From positions 290,681 through 354,680 of IMG/VR virus record IMGVR_UViG_3300032236_000747: a stretch of DNA of 64,000 nt; one strand, 5' to 3'. Positions 20,580 to 29,215 of the stretch are shown in pieces. Within the stretch, counting starts at the first letter, position 1, and each line of letters opens with the position of its first letter. The position numbers and the translations under genes were made by a program. A model generated the notes under the pieces. That model saw only the letters and a list, made by a program, of their open reading frames with translations, was not told the DNA's origin and made no database searches.

Positions 20580-21863
20580 ATGAAAATACATCATCTCTTA
20601 AATGAAACTGTAGAAACTTATACTACTGTAGATGAGTTCGTGGACATTATGAAGGATTTTTTACCTTTGGCCATGCATCATCTTAAGATAGATGCGCTAC
20701 CTCACATTAGGTTAGAAAAGTATATCAAAGACTCACATCAGCCTACGTTTGGCAAATACGTTAACGAAGAAAATGTGATACACGTAGGCATTGAAAATCG
20801 TCACCCATTAGATGTTCTAAGAACACTAGCACATGAACTAGTACACTTTAAACAAGGAACAGAGAATAGATTAGATGCCAAGAGCGGCGAAACTGGCAGT
20901 CCTATAGAGAATGAAGCACACGAGGTAGCTGGTATTATCATGCGTCATTTTGGTAAAAGATATCCTCATTATTTTACAGACACAGCTATTACTATTTCCG
21001 AAGATTGGAACAAAGTTAATCACCACGATAAAACTAACGGCCTAAGTCGTAAAGCAGTCAAAGCCTATCGTCGTGAACATCCAGGTAGTAAACTACAAAC
21101 AGCAGTTACTACTAAACCTAGTAAGTTAAAGGCGGGTAGTAAGGATGCTAAACGCCGTAAAAGTTTCTGTGCTCGTATGAGTGGCAACAAAGGCCCAATG
21201 AAAAAGCCTAATGGTAAACCTACTCCTAAAGCATTGGCCTTGCGCCGTTGGAACTGTGAGAGCATTGAAGAAATGCGTCAGCTGATCGAAACAGCTGAAC
21301 AGGTTATCATGCAGGAAAAATGGAGCAAGAAGTATAAGAGTAGTATCAACTGCTCACATCCTAAAGGCTTTAGTCAACGTGCCCATTGTGCCGGTAAGAA
21401 GAAGCACAATGAAAGTCATGACGTTATGGAACATGTATGCCCTGATTGCGGTATGTGCCAAACACATGGTACACTTAATGAGATTAAGAAAGGCGCCAAA
21501 GACTCAAACGGCTTTACCAAGTGCTGGCCAGGACATCATGCCGCTGGTACTAAGAAAGGTAAAAATGGTGGACAGGTTCGTAACTGTGTGCCTAACGAAA
21601 GTGTGGCGGAAGGTGGTGGAGCTCAACAAGCAGCCATAGCTATTGCTAAACGTGAAAGCGGCAAGTATACCAAAGACGGCAAGCGAATAAAAGAAAACTT
21701 TGCTGACGGAAAGCATCCCGAAGACAAAGGCGACAGCAAACGCTATGGGGTTCCTACTAAAGCAAGCGTGAGCACACTACGCAAGGTAGCACATCAAGGT
21801 GGTCGTAAAGGACAACTAGCTCATTGGATGGCTAATATGAAAGCAGGCAAAGCCAAAAAATAA
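20580..21863 (+). CDS. Modular late protein: HExxH metallopeptidase-like module plus basic/Cys-His modules separated by x-x-E sites
   Basis: TLAHELVHFKQ; KRRKSFCARM, CSHPKGFSQRAHC, CPDCGMC, KCWPG..NCVP modules; LNE, ISE, MQE, LNE, VAE, IKE linkers. Confidence 0.7.
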   Translation: MKIHHLLNETVETYTTVDEFVDIMKDFLPLAMHHLKIDALPHIRLEKYIKDSHQPTFGKYVNEENVIHVGIENRHPLDVLRTLAHELVHFKQGTENRLDAKSGETGSPIENEAHEVAGIIMRHFGKRYPHYFTDTAITISEDWNKVNHHDKTNGLSRKAVKAYRREHPGSKLQTAVTTKPSKLKAGSKDAKRRKSFCARMSGNKGPMKKPNGKPTPKALALRRWNCESIEEMRQLIETAEQVIMQEKWSKKYKSSINCSHPKGFSQRAHCAGKKKHNESHDVMEHVCPDCGMCQTHGTLNEIKKGAKDSNGFTKCWPGHHAAGTKKGKNGGQVRNCVPNESVAEGGGAQQAAIAIAKRESGKYTKDGKRIKENFADGKHPEDKGDSKRYGVPTKASVSTLRKVAHQGGRKGQLAHWMANMKAGKAKK

Positions 21864-21887
21864 GGACTAGCTGTTACACTAGTCCTT
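21862..21887. terminator. Hairpin between convergent genes (probable terminator)
   Basis: AAGGACTAG/CTAGTCCTT inverted repeat. Confidence 0.55.
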
Positions 21888-21911
21888 GTAGATGCGCTAT
21901 GCGCCTTATAA

Positions 21912-22181
21912 TTATTTTGTTTTGTTTCCGGTGTTAACAAAAGCGTACATTTTTTCCGCAGTCTCTAGAACCTTTTCGATTCCTGGGAACTCTGGCATAG
22001 TAACGCTGCTAACTAGTTGCCCAGTTTTTTCATCACGCTTGCTAGACATTTCCCAACCTTGGAACTTCATAGCATATTCCTGACCAACTAGGTCCTTGGC
22101 CATTGCTAGAATGTCTGTACGGATTTCATATCCGTTTTTATTAAATTTAACTTCTGGTACTTTTGGAGTTAGATCAGTCAT
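21912..22181 (-). CDS. Hypothetical protein
   Basis: 89 aa ORF, coupled to upstream minus-strand gene. Confidence 0.7.
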   Translation of the reverse strand: MTDLTPKVPEVKFNKNGYEIRTDILAMAKDLVGQEYAMKFQGWEMSSKRDEKTGQLVSSVTMPEFPGIEKVLETAEKMYAFVNTGNKTK

Positions 22182-22405
22182 TACACAGTTCCCTTCGTGG
22201 CTTTGTAAAATGAATCGCTGGCATTCTTAACGATTGCTTGAGCGATATCCATAGAACTTTTAACTGAACCTTTTGCAAAGTTAGTTTGTGCGTCGATGAG
22301 TTTGATTAGATCTGCTTTGAACTTAGCATCGGTAACAAAAGTGTTAACGAGCTTCTTTTTACCATCCTGAATGGATTCGATAATTGTATCTTGATTGATA
22401 AACAT
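22181..22405 (-). CDS. Hypothetical helical protein (phasin-like, tentative)
   Basis: 74 aa amphipathic helix pattern; AAGGAG RBS; minus-strand TAAATA promoter. Confidence 0.5.
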   Translation of the reverse strand: MFINQDTIIESIQDGKKKLVNTFVTDAKFKADLIKLIDAQTNFAKGSVKSSMDIAQAIVKNASDSFYKATKGTV

Positions 22406-22476
22406 ATTTTTCTCCTTTGTGTGTATGTTTGTGTGTAGACAGCAATATTGCCGTCTAAGTATTTATTATACAGATA

Positions 22477-23040
22477 TTACTTTAATATTGCAAGTGGTTT
22501 AGCAAAACGTTTGCCCCAATAATCCATAACTGCTATATTACTGTCGGTAGCTTCTGTGAAGTAGGTCTGTAAACTAGGATGGTCTAAGTGAATATTAGCA
22601 AGTGTTTCGCCGTCCTCACTCTCCATATGAATGCCGTGTTTAGTACATAAATGCTTAATGACTCTGTTTGTACTTAAACAGACCATAGTACCTTCTAGGA
22701 AGTTATGTGTCCGGCACCATTGGATAGCACGTTTCATAAGATGTGTACCCATACCTTGCCCTTGATATTCTTTAAGAACACTAAAGGCTAGTTCCATTTC
22801 ACTTTTCTTGTCAATGGCAATGTGTGCCACTGCTATCAAATCTAGGTTATTGTCTTCTATGGCAAATAGGATATTGTGCTCATAATCCTTTTCCCACCCA
22901 TTGCATAGGTTATCGATAACACTATCAGACAGAGGATTGGCAAAACGCAGGGTCTTGCTTTCTCTGTCTAGTGCTTTTAGATGTTTGCGATACTTTGGAT
23001 ACTCATGATGAAGTACCCGCCTTACAGTGGTAAATGGCAT
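22477..23040 (-). CDS. GNAT family N-acetyltransferase
   Basis: ELAFSVLKEYQGQGMGTHLM acetyl-CoA binding motif A. Confidence 0.9.
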   Translation of the reverse strand: MPFTTVRRVLHHEYPKYRKHLKALDRESKTLRFANPLSDSVIDNLCNGWEKDYEHNILFAIEDNNLDLIAVAHIAIDKKSEMELAFSVLKEYQGQGMGTHLMKRAIQWCRTHNFLEGTMVCLSTNRVIKHLCTKHGIHMESEDGETLANIHLDHPSLQTYFTEATDSNIAVMDYWGKRFAKPLAILK

Positions 23041-23041
23041 G

Positions 23042-23155
23042 TTATTGATTCCATACTAGCCAAATGACCATAAGGACAACACCCCATGCTGCTGCCTTGG
23101 GACCCCAATGATCTTCAGTACCAGGCTTTGTAACCGTGCTTTTTGTAGTATTCAT
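23042..23155 (-). CDS. Small membrane protein (37 aa, not in ORF track)
   Basis: MNTTKSTVTKPGTEDHWGPKAAAWGVVLMVIWLVWNQ; AGGAG RBS. Confidence 0.6.
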   Translation of the reverse strand: MNTTKSTVTKPGTEDHWGPKAAAWGVVLMVIWLVWNQ

Positions 23156-23209
23156 GCTTTAACTCTCCTAGTTCTATTAAAAAATTCCAAATAGATTGTG
23201 CTGTTTTGA

Positions 23210-23401
23210 TTAACATGGAAAACCTCCGCATTGGCGATTTGACATCTTGTTGTCAAACTCGCGCATTAAACGATCTACATCTCCGGCGTTTTGTGGATCG
23301 TGACTTACAATATATGCTTCTAACGCTGAGCCATAGGTTAATGGCTTCTCAAATGATTCAGCTAGGCTCTTGACCCAACTTACTAGTGGTTGTATAAACA
23401 T
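23210..23401 (-). CDS. DUF3563-like small protein
   Basis: LEAYIVSHDPQNAGDVDRLMREFD resembles this betaproteobacterial family (from memory). Confidence 0.55.
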   Translation of the reverse strand: MFIQPLVSWVKSLAESFEKPLTYGSALEAYIVSHDPQNAGDVDRLMREFDNKMSNRQCGGFPC

Positions 23402-23559
23402 TTTGTTTTTCCTCTGTGTATAAAATGTGTAGTACTCATGGTTTCTACTGAGTATTTATGCTAGTATACATTGCAGTGCAACAAAAGTCAACGTTGCATT
23501 TTACCAAAATATGTGTTACACTAATAGCAGATAACAATAAATACCAAAAGGGAATAAAA

Positions 23560-23862
23560 GTGCAAAGAAAAACCCGAAGTCTACTAGAAGAACTAAACGA
23601 CATATCTGTTAAAAAAGACAGTGAAGCCTTCATTGAAGCTAGGGCAGGGCATGTTATTGATAGTGCTATCAACTTACTAGCTCTTATAAAAGAAAACTTT
23701 GATCCCGAAACAGCCTACGAACTAGAGCGCAGACTAATAAACAGCATTAAAGGTGCTGATCCCAGTAAGTTTACCAGAGGCATACGTAAACTTAGAGATA
23801 GTAAAGAAACAGCCAAGAACCTTACTATCATAAACGGTAATCTCGAATCCGATTCAAATTAA
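23560..23862 (+). CDS. Hypothetical late protein
   Basis: GTG start after TAAATA (23539) and AAGGGA RBS; shorter than ORF-track call. Confidence 0.6.
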   Translation: MQRKTRSLLEELNDISVKKDSEAFIEARAGHVIDSAINLLALIKENFDPETAYELERRLINSIKGADPSKFTRGIRKLRDSKETAKNLTIINGNLESDSN

Positions 23863-23946
23863 CATATATTGGGCCCTTTTCTCCTAAATGACTAAATAGT
23901 AGTACACCGATCTCGGAGCGAGATCATATATTCAAGGAGAACTAAA

Positions 23947-24414
23947 ATGGGTGGAATTTCAAGAGTACATGGTGGCTTACTAGCACCAAAAAACTTCGCA
24001 GGCGTTAATCTACAAGACTATACACTAACTTTCTGGGTTGGTGACGCAGCAGCAGTTTGGGCTGATTATGTCTATGTTGGTGCTAACTCAACAGGCGCAA
24101 GCATCTATGCTACACAAGGTACATATCCAGGTGGCGCATTTGATCAAATCTTCCGTAATGCTACTGGTAACATTGGCTCTATCAGCCGTGTTGGTACACT
24201 ACAAAGCACAGCTACATCAGCTACACTAAACTTCGCAGTTGAAGTATTGGGCGCTGATTACCTAAGCACAGGTACACTAGGTCAAGGTAGTTCAGAAGAT
24301 ACAACTTACGCATATGCTACAACAGCATTGGCTTTACAAGGTCGTATCCGTGAACTAGGAACAGTTAACGGCGTCCACTTGACAAGCGCAACAGTTGCTG
24401 CATTTGTATATTAA
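23947..24414 (+). CDS. Putative virion structural protein
   Basis: TAAATA, 5' hairpin GATCTCG/CGAGATC, strong AAGGAG RBS, highly biased codons, downstream terminator. Confidence 0.65.
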   Translation: MGGISRVHGGLLAPKNFAGVNLQDYTLTFWVGDAAAVWADYVYVGANSTGASIYATQGTYPGGAFDQIFRNATGNIGSISRVGTLQSTATSATLNFAVEVLGADYLSTGTLGQGSSEDTTYAYATTALALQGRIRELGTVNGVHLTSATVAAFVY

Positions 24415-24441
24415 TCAGTAACACACAGTTTTATTACTGTA

Positions 24442-24472
24442 GAAAGGCATCTTTTTTAGATGCCTTTTTCTT
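24442..24472 (+). terminator. Rho-independent terminator
   Basis: AAAGGCATCT/AGATGCCTTT stem followed by T-tract. Confidence 0.75.
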
Positions 24473-24501
24473 TGACCATAAATATCATAAAGTAGGTACT
24501 T

Positions 24502-24927
24502 ATGGAAAACATAGAAATAAAAACTCTTATAGATATAACAAACACAAACAAGAGTAGGCCAAATCAAGCAAACGGAGTAGAGTACGATCAATACAGAAAC
24601 TATACAACATTGATGCAGACTATAGGACTAAGATGTATTATCACCTACGATAGTAATCCCACTGTAGAAAATATAGATGTTAGCAATCTGGGGTTTGGAT
24701 CAGAGTATACAGGCAAACATAATGTATGGACGTTTCGCTTTAGACCTGATAGGCAACTAGCGTTTGAAGACGAAGGTAATCCTGTGGGCTTGTTAGTGCA
24801 CGACATGCATGAGATACCTGTTATTAAAAAATTAACTGAAACGATAAATATCGATAAGGCTGTATTCTTTACCTATGAATCACAGTACAAAAATACACTC
24901 ATCACGGCACTTTCAGGCAACTCTTAA
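24502..24927 (+). CDS. Hypothetical late protein
   Basis: 141 aa ORF after TAAATA. Confidence 0.65.
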   Translation: MENIEIKTLIDITNTNKSRPNQANGVEYDQYRNYTTLMQTIGLRCIITYDSNPTVENIDVSNLGFGSEYTGKHNVWTFRFRPDRQLAFEDEGNPVGLLVHDMHEIPVIKKLTETINIDKAVFFTYESQYKNTLITALSGNS

Positions 24928-24966
24928 TATTTTTCTATAGCAGTACAACTAAACAGGAGACCTTAA

Positions 24967-25248
24967 ATGGCATCAGTAGCAGAACGAGTAAGCGTGCTAG
25001 AAACGCAGGTATTAAACATAGACGAAAAAATTGACGACATCAAAGAAGATGTTAAACAAAATCATACAGATATCAAGACCCAACTTACTGATATGTATAA
25101 TGCGTCTTGCACCCAACACTCCGAGTTAGCTAAAAAAATAGGCGACATTGAAAAGTTTAAGAACAAATGGATGTATATGATCATTGGCGGTGTTGCAGTA
25201 CTAGGTTACCTAGCAGGACATTCGGGAATACTTAAAATACTTTCATGA
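24967..25248 (+). CDS. Coiled-coil protein with C-terminal TM helix (holin/XhlA-like, tentative)
   Basis: ERVSVLETQV coiled coil; WMYMIIGGVAVLGYLAG TM segment. Confidence 0.5.
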   Translation: MASVAERVSVLETQVLNIDEKIDDIKEDVKQNHTDIKTQLTDMYNASCTQHSELAKKIGDIEKFKNKWMYMIIGGVAVLGYLAGHSGILKILS

Positions 25249-25958
25249 GAGCCTACGAAATATTCCTAGAAGATGTAACTGATCAGATCCAACCTAATCA
25301 AGCTGTAGGTAGTGGACCTGGTAAGATTGCACAGACTCCAGGAAATAAAGCAGCAAAGCCTGCTATGCCTAGTGCTACAACAATAGCAAATGCTGCTCAA
25401 GGAGCAGGAACCACACCGGATGCTACACAACCGGTTGGACAAAAACAAATGATGGGACAAAATGTCCCTGGACAACAACAAACAGGATCTGCTACACAAG
25501 GAACTGTAGGTACTATGGGTACAGCAGGAAGACCAGGTACACCCGATCCCAAGAGTGGCATGACACAAACACCTGCTCAACAACAAAGTCAGTTACAAAA
25601 AGCGCAGAGTCAGCTACAGCAAAAACAACAACAAGATCAAATAGCTCAGAAAAAGACTGATCTAACCAAAGACCTTAATCAACTTAAAACTGTAGCACCT
25701 AGTATTAATGTTTCCAAGGATGCAGATGCTCTAACAAAACCAGCAGATGAAAGATCCCCACAGGACCTTAAAAACATGGCAGGTATCACGAATGATATTG
25801 CCAGCATCATTGGACAACAGAACGGAACACAACAACTAAAACAGTTGTTAATGAAAATGAAAACCCTCGATGCTCAAAAGCAACAAGCACAGCAAGCAGA
25901 TAATCAAGCAGAGTTAGATAGTCTATCTCAACAAAATACCCCAACTCAGGCTAGATAA
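25245..25958 (+). CDS. Gln-rich low-complexity putative internal head protein
   Basis: MRAYEIFLED N-terminus; Q/P/G-rich body. Confidence 0.55.
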   Translation: MRAYEIFLEDVTDQIQPNQAVGSGPGKIAQTPGNKAAKPAMPSATTIANAAQGAGTTPDATQPVGQKQMMGQNVPGQQQTGSATQGTVGTMGTAGRPGTPDPKSGMTQTPAQQQSQLQKAQSQLQQKQQQDQIAQKKTDLTKDLNQLKTVAPSINVSKDADALTKPADERSPQDLKNMAGITNDIASIIGQQNGTQQLKQLLMKMKTLDAQKQQAQQADNQAELDSLSQQNTPTQAR

Positions 25959-25966
25959 ATATCACT

Positions 25967-26182
25967 ATGCGAATACATCATATCATCGATGGAATATCTA
26001 TTATCATTACCAATGAAGAACGCCGATTCATTTCTAAAAATGATGATAAGACTGTGACCATCGAATCACTAGACGATCACGATCAGTGGGTCGCTCAGAA
26101 CCTAGTACGCAAGGGTGTTTACACACTAAGTAAAGATAAGAAACACATTACTAGGATTGACAATGCTAGAGAAAGTCTATAA
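25967..26182 (+). CDS. Hypothetical late protein
   Basis: TAAATA-N5-ATG. Confidence 0.6.
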   Translation: MRIHHIIDGISIIITNEERRFISKNDDKTVTIESLDDHDQWVAQNLVRKGVYTLSKDKKHITRIDNARESL

Positions 26183-26615
26183 ACAGATTGAAAACCTTGC
26201 CCGTGGCGTTAAAACAGATTTACGCCACAAAGGTTTTGTAGTCCCTATTGAAAACAGAGACGGGTCAATAAGTGTAGACCTTTACACTATATCTAAATCA
26301 AAGGCAGGATTCTATAAGATTACTAGCAATGCTGGTGATGTATTAGTAGATCATATTAACTTACCGCAAACCGCTGCCCTATTGGCTAACAGTCTAGCAC
26401 TTGGACGCTGGGTAGATGATAGGCTACTAAACGAAGATAGGCAATATGGATACAGTTTGTTTGAAGAACTTCAGGCCAAACACATAATAGACAAGCGCCG
26501 TGATTGGGATAGGGTAGATATTATGTATACTAAGATGTCATTAGCAAAGCATAGAAAAACTGCCGCTAAACAGGCCATAATGAATAGTTTTGAAAAACTA
26601 CGCAACGTGAGATAA
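26163..26615 (+). CDS. Hypothetical protein
   Basis: ATG after AGGA RBS; 150 aa. Confidence 0.6.
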   Translation: MLEKVYKQIENLARGVKTDLRHKGFVVPIENRDGSISVDLYTISKSKAGFYKITSNAGDVLVDHINLPQTAALLANSLALGRWVDDRLLNEDRQYGYSLFEELQAKHIIDKRRDWDRVDIMYTKMSLAKHRKTAAKQAIMNSFEKLRNVR

Positions 26616-26642
26616 ATATAATATCATTTTCTGGAACCTAGC

Positions 26643-28052
26643 ATGATTACAAACGATTTAAACGCCAAGTTAACAGCGGCCAAACTTAATGAAAATATGT
26701 ACAAGAAGTTTGGCACAAAGATTAACTTTGACAAATACACGAGAGAAGAACTAGAAAACTATCGTAATCTTCTACGTACTAATATTCATCAAGTAGAAAC
26801 TAGCAGCAACTTTAATGATTTGTTAGCCAACGAAACATATCAAAAAGACAAATACATGATGGGTGTATTAAACACTAAGATCAAAGAGATGTTAGGTGAA
26901 GCTAGGATCCTATCAGAAAAGAGCAAAACACAGAAGCAAGCACGTACGATGGCAGCAGCCGCACACGATCCAAAGTTTGCTAAGAAAGTGGGAATCAAAC
27001 AAAGCGTGGCCAAGGAATTCAACAAGGCCGATACAGGAACTAAAAAATTGAGCCAAGCTATGAAAAACAAAAAAACAACCGAAGCCCTAAAAGGCAACCA
27101 ATATAAAATAGATGCCAACAAAAACGGAAAAATAGACGGCGACGACTTTAAAAAGTTACGTGCTAAAAAGACCGAAGGCGCAATGGACACAGTTAAGGCA
27201 GTAGGCAAGAAAGTTGCTGGCGCTGTTAACAAAGCCATCGGTCATGGAAGCGATGAGGAAATGCGCAAAGATCTACAGAAAAAAGTAGGAGTAGCACAAA
27301 CTGGTAAGAAACCAGCAGCTCCTGTCAAAGAAGCCTCTAAGAAAAAGAATGACGGCAATCTGGCCAACAATGCCAAACCATACGACAAAGTAACACGCGG
27401 TGATGTTATCTCCGGTCGCCTTGGTAAAGATGAAATGGGTGGCAAGAGGAAAACAACTATGAAAAAGAAAGCAACTGAATCACAACTAATCTTCCGTAAC
27501 CACGTTAAGATTGTTAATGAAAGTCTAGCATACTTGCTAAACGAAGATGAAGAAGGCAAAGCCAAAGCCATTACCGCTGCCAGTGATATGGTCAATGACT
27601 TTACAACATGGATGCAACGTGTTGGTCAATACCAAACTAAATCTATGATTGAACTAGCTGATAGCATCCGTGCTGAGTTTGGTCAAGCCGAAGCAGAAGC
27701 ATTTAAGAATGCAGTTGCTCCTGCTCTACAAGCTACACTAGAAACAATGACACAACAACGCGAAGCTATTAGTCATGCTGTTGCTGTGCTAGCAGGTGAA
27801 GCCAGCGACATGGACCAAATGGGTGGAATGGGCGGCGGCGAAGTTCCTGACATGACTGGCGGTGCCGATGAGTTCTCTAGCCCATCAGGACAAGACAGCA
27901 TGAATGCAGGCGACGAGTTTGGTGCCAGTGATGCTGCTGCAGGTGGAATGGAAACCAGCGGACGTGAACTACGTGAAAGCCATAAGCGTGCTGCTGCCAA
28001 GAGCCGTATTGCTGAATCACATGCCATCATGAGTATCCTAAGCGGAAAATGA
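26643..28052 (+). CDS. Putative prohead core/scaffold-like protein with many x-x-E sites
   Basis: LNE, LSE, TTE, KTE, VKE, ATE, VNE, LNE, LRE, IAE motifs separating basic segments; late promoter at 26613. Confidence 0.6.
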   Translation: MITNDLNAKLTAAKLNENMYKKFGTKINFDKYTREELENYRNLLRTNIHQVETSSNFNDLLANETYQKDKYMMGVLNTKIKEMLGEARILSEKSKTQKQARTMAAAAHDPKFAKKVGIKQSVAKEFNKADTGTKKLSQAMKNKKTTEALKGNQYKIDANKNGKIDGDDFKKLRAKKTEGAMDTVKAVGKKVAGAVNKAIGHGSDEEMRKDLQKKVGVAQTGKKPAAPVKEASKKKNDGNLANNAKPYDKVTRGDVISGRLGKDEMGGKRKTTMKKKATESQLIFRNHVKIVNESLAYLLNEDEEGKAKAITAASDMVNDFTTWMQRVGQYQTKSMIELADSIRAEFGQAEAEAFKNAVAPALQATLETMTQQREAISHAVAVLAGEASDMDQMGGMGGGEVPDMTGGADEFSSPSGQDSMNAGDEFGASDAAAGGMETSGRELRESHKRAAAKSRIAESHAIMSILSGK

Positions 28053-28435
28053 GATTATTTGAAGTAGAAGGCAACATTGTCAATGATCTTGTTGTCTTGT
28101 TAAGAAACCAGGTAGGCAGGACAGATAGCGTAAGTCATAACAAAGCTCCACAGACTTTAACGTATCCTGCTTTAGCCAGCCTTATGAACAATTTAGGTTA
28201 CCCTGGTATTACCAAAGATAGTTTAAAACAACTATACGATGGTAGTGATGAGCTTAAGAAGTTAATCAGAGATCCAAAACCAGCAGGTGAAGATCCTAAT
28301 GCCAACGCAGCCGACGTTGTCACATTAAAAACATCCGAAGAACGTACCAAAGATGAACCAGCTACAGCAGCCGGGGGCAAGAGTATAGACTCTATGGCTA
28401 AATCTGGTGCTAACTATAAACCCGAACTAAGTTGA
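28049..28435 (+). CDS. Hypothetical putative internal head protein
   Basis: MRLFEV N-terminus; ATGA overlap. Confidence 0.55.
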   Translation: MRLFEVEGNIVNDLVVLLRNQVGRTDSVSHNKAPQTLTYPALASLMNNLGYPGITKDSLKQLYDGSDELKKLIRDPKPAGEDPNANAADVVTLKTSEERTKDEPATAAGGKSIDSMAKSGANYKPELS

Positions 28436-28460
28436 CATTAACTTAGAGAAGTAGTATACT
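28432..28460 (+). promoter_or_regulatory. Sigma70-like promoter, probably leaderless
   Basis: TTGACA-N17-TATACT, ATG 5 nt downstream, no SD. Confidence 0.75.
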
Positions 28461-28465
28461 CAAGT

Positions 28466-29188
28466 ATGATATACACTCCTCCGCCTTTTATTGAGCGGTT
28501 CCAATACAAAAACTGTAAACAAATAAACGATCCTGTTACACGCAAGCGTGTATACCTAACACCAGACGGCGAAAGTCTTCCAAGCGTTACAACTATCCTT
28601 AGTGCTACTAAAGATATGACCCATTTAAATGAATGGAAAAAGCGTGTTGGTGTAGAAAACGCACAACGTATAACCACCGAAGCTGCTGGAGTAGGCACAG
28701 CAATGCACGCCAATCTAGAACGTTTTATCATTGGTGAACAACGTCAACCCGGCAACAATGTAGTGCATGTACAAGCCAACAAAATGGCTGATGTTATTAT
28801 CGAAAATGGACTAAGCAAGGTAAACGAAGTATGGGCCATGGAACAGAGCTTGTACTTTCCGGGCTTGTTTTCAGGCACCACTGACCTAGTAGGTGTATAC
28901 GAAGATGAACCAGCAGTAATGGACTACAAACAAACTAATAAGCCTAAGAAAGCAGAGTGGGTAGACGACTACTATATGCAGCTAATGGCCTATATATTAG
29001 CACATAACGAAGTATACGGCACCGACATTCGCAAAGGTGTTATCTTTATGTGTAGTAGAGACTTCCAATACCAGCAGTTTACTCTAGAGCCCAAAGACTT
29101 TAACAAGTGGCAAGATGCTTGGTTAAACAAAGTAGAAGAGTATTACACAACAGGTATGAAAGGCCTCAAGCAACTACTCACGCAGTAA
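28466..29188 (+). CDS. PD-(D/E)XK exonuclease (Cas4/MGME1-like phage family)
   Basis: LPSVTTIL, GTAMH, EQSL...GTTDL...DYKQ motifs. Confidence 0.85.
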   Translation: MIYTPPPFIERFQYKNCKQINDPVTRKRVYLTPDGESLPSVTTILSATKDMTHLNEWKKRVGVENAQRITTEAAGVGTAMHANLERFIIGEQRQPGNNVVHVQANKMADVIIENGLSKVNEVWAMEQSLYFPGLFSGTTDLVGVYEDEPAVMDYKQTNKPKKAEWVDDYYMQLMAYILAHNEVYGTDIRKGVIFMCSRDFQYQQFTLEPKDFNKWQDAWLNKVEEYYTTGMKGLKQLLTQ

Positions 29189-29215
29189 GATAAATATCTA
29201 ACTAGGGGATATTAT

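Noticed and set aside
26840-28030. Long antisense ORFs opposite highly expressed genes (also in nrdA, rIIA, nadV, fibre)
   Set aside because: Expected shadows of strong codon bias; no RBS or promoter support
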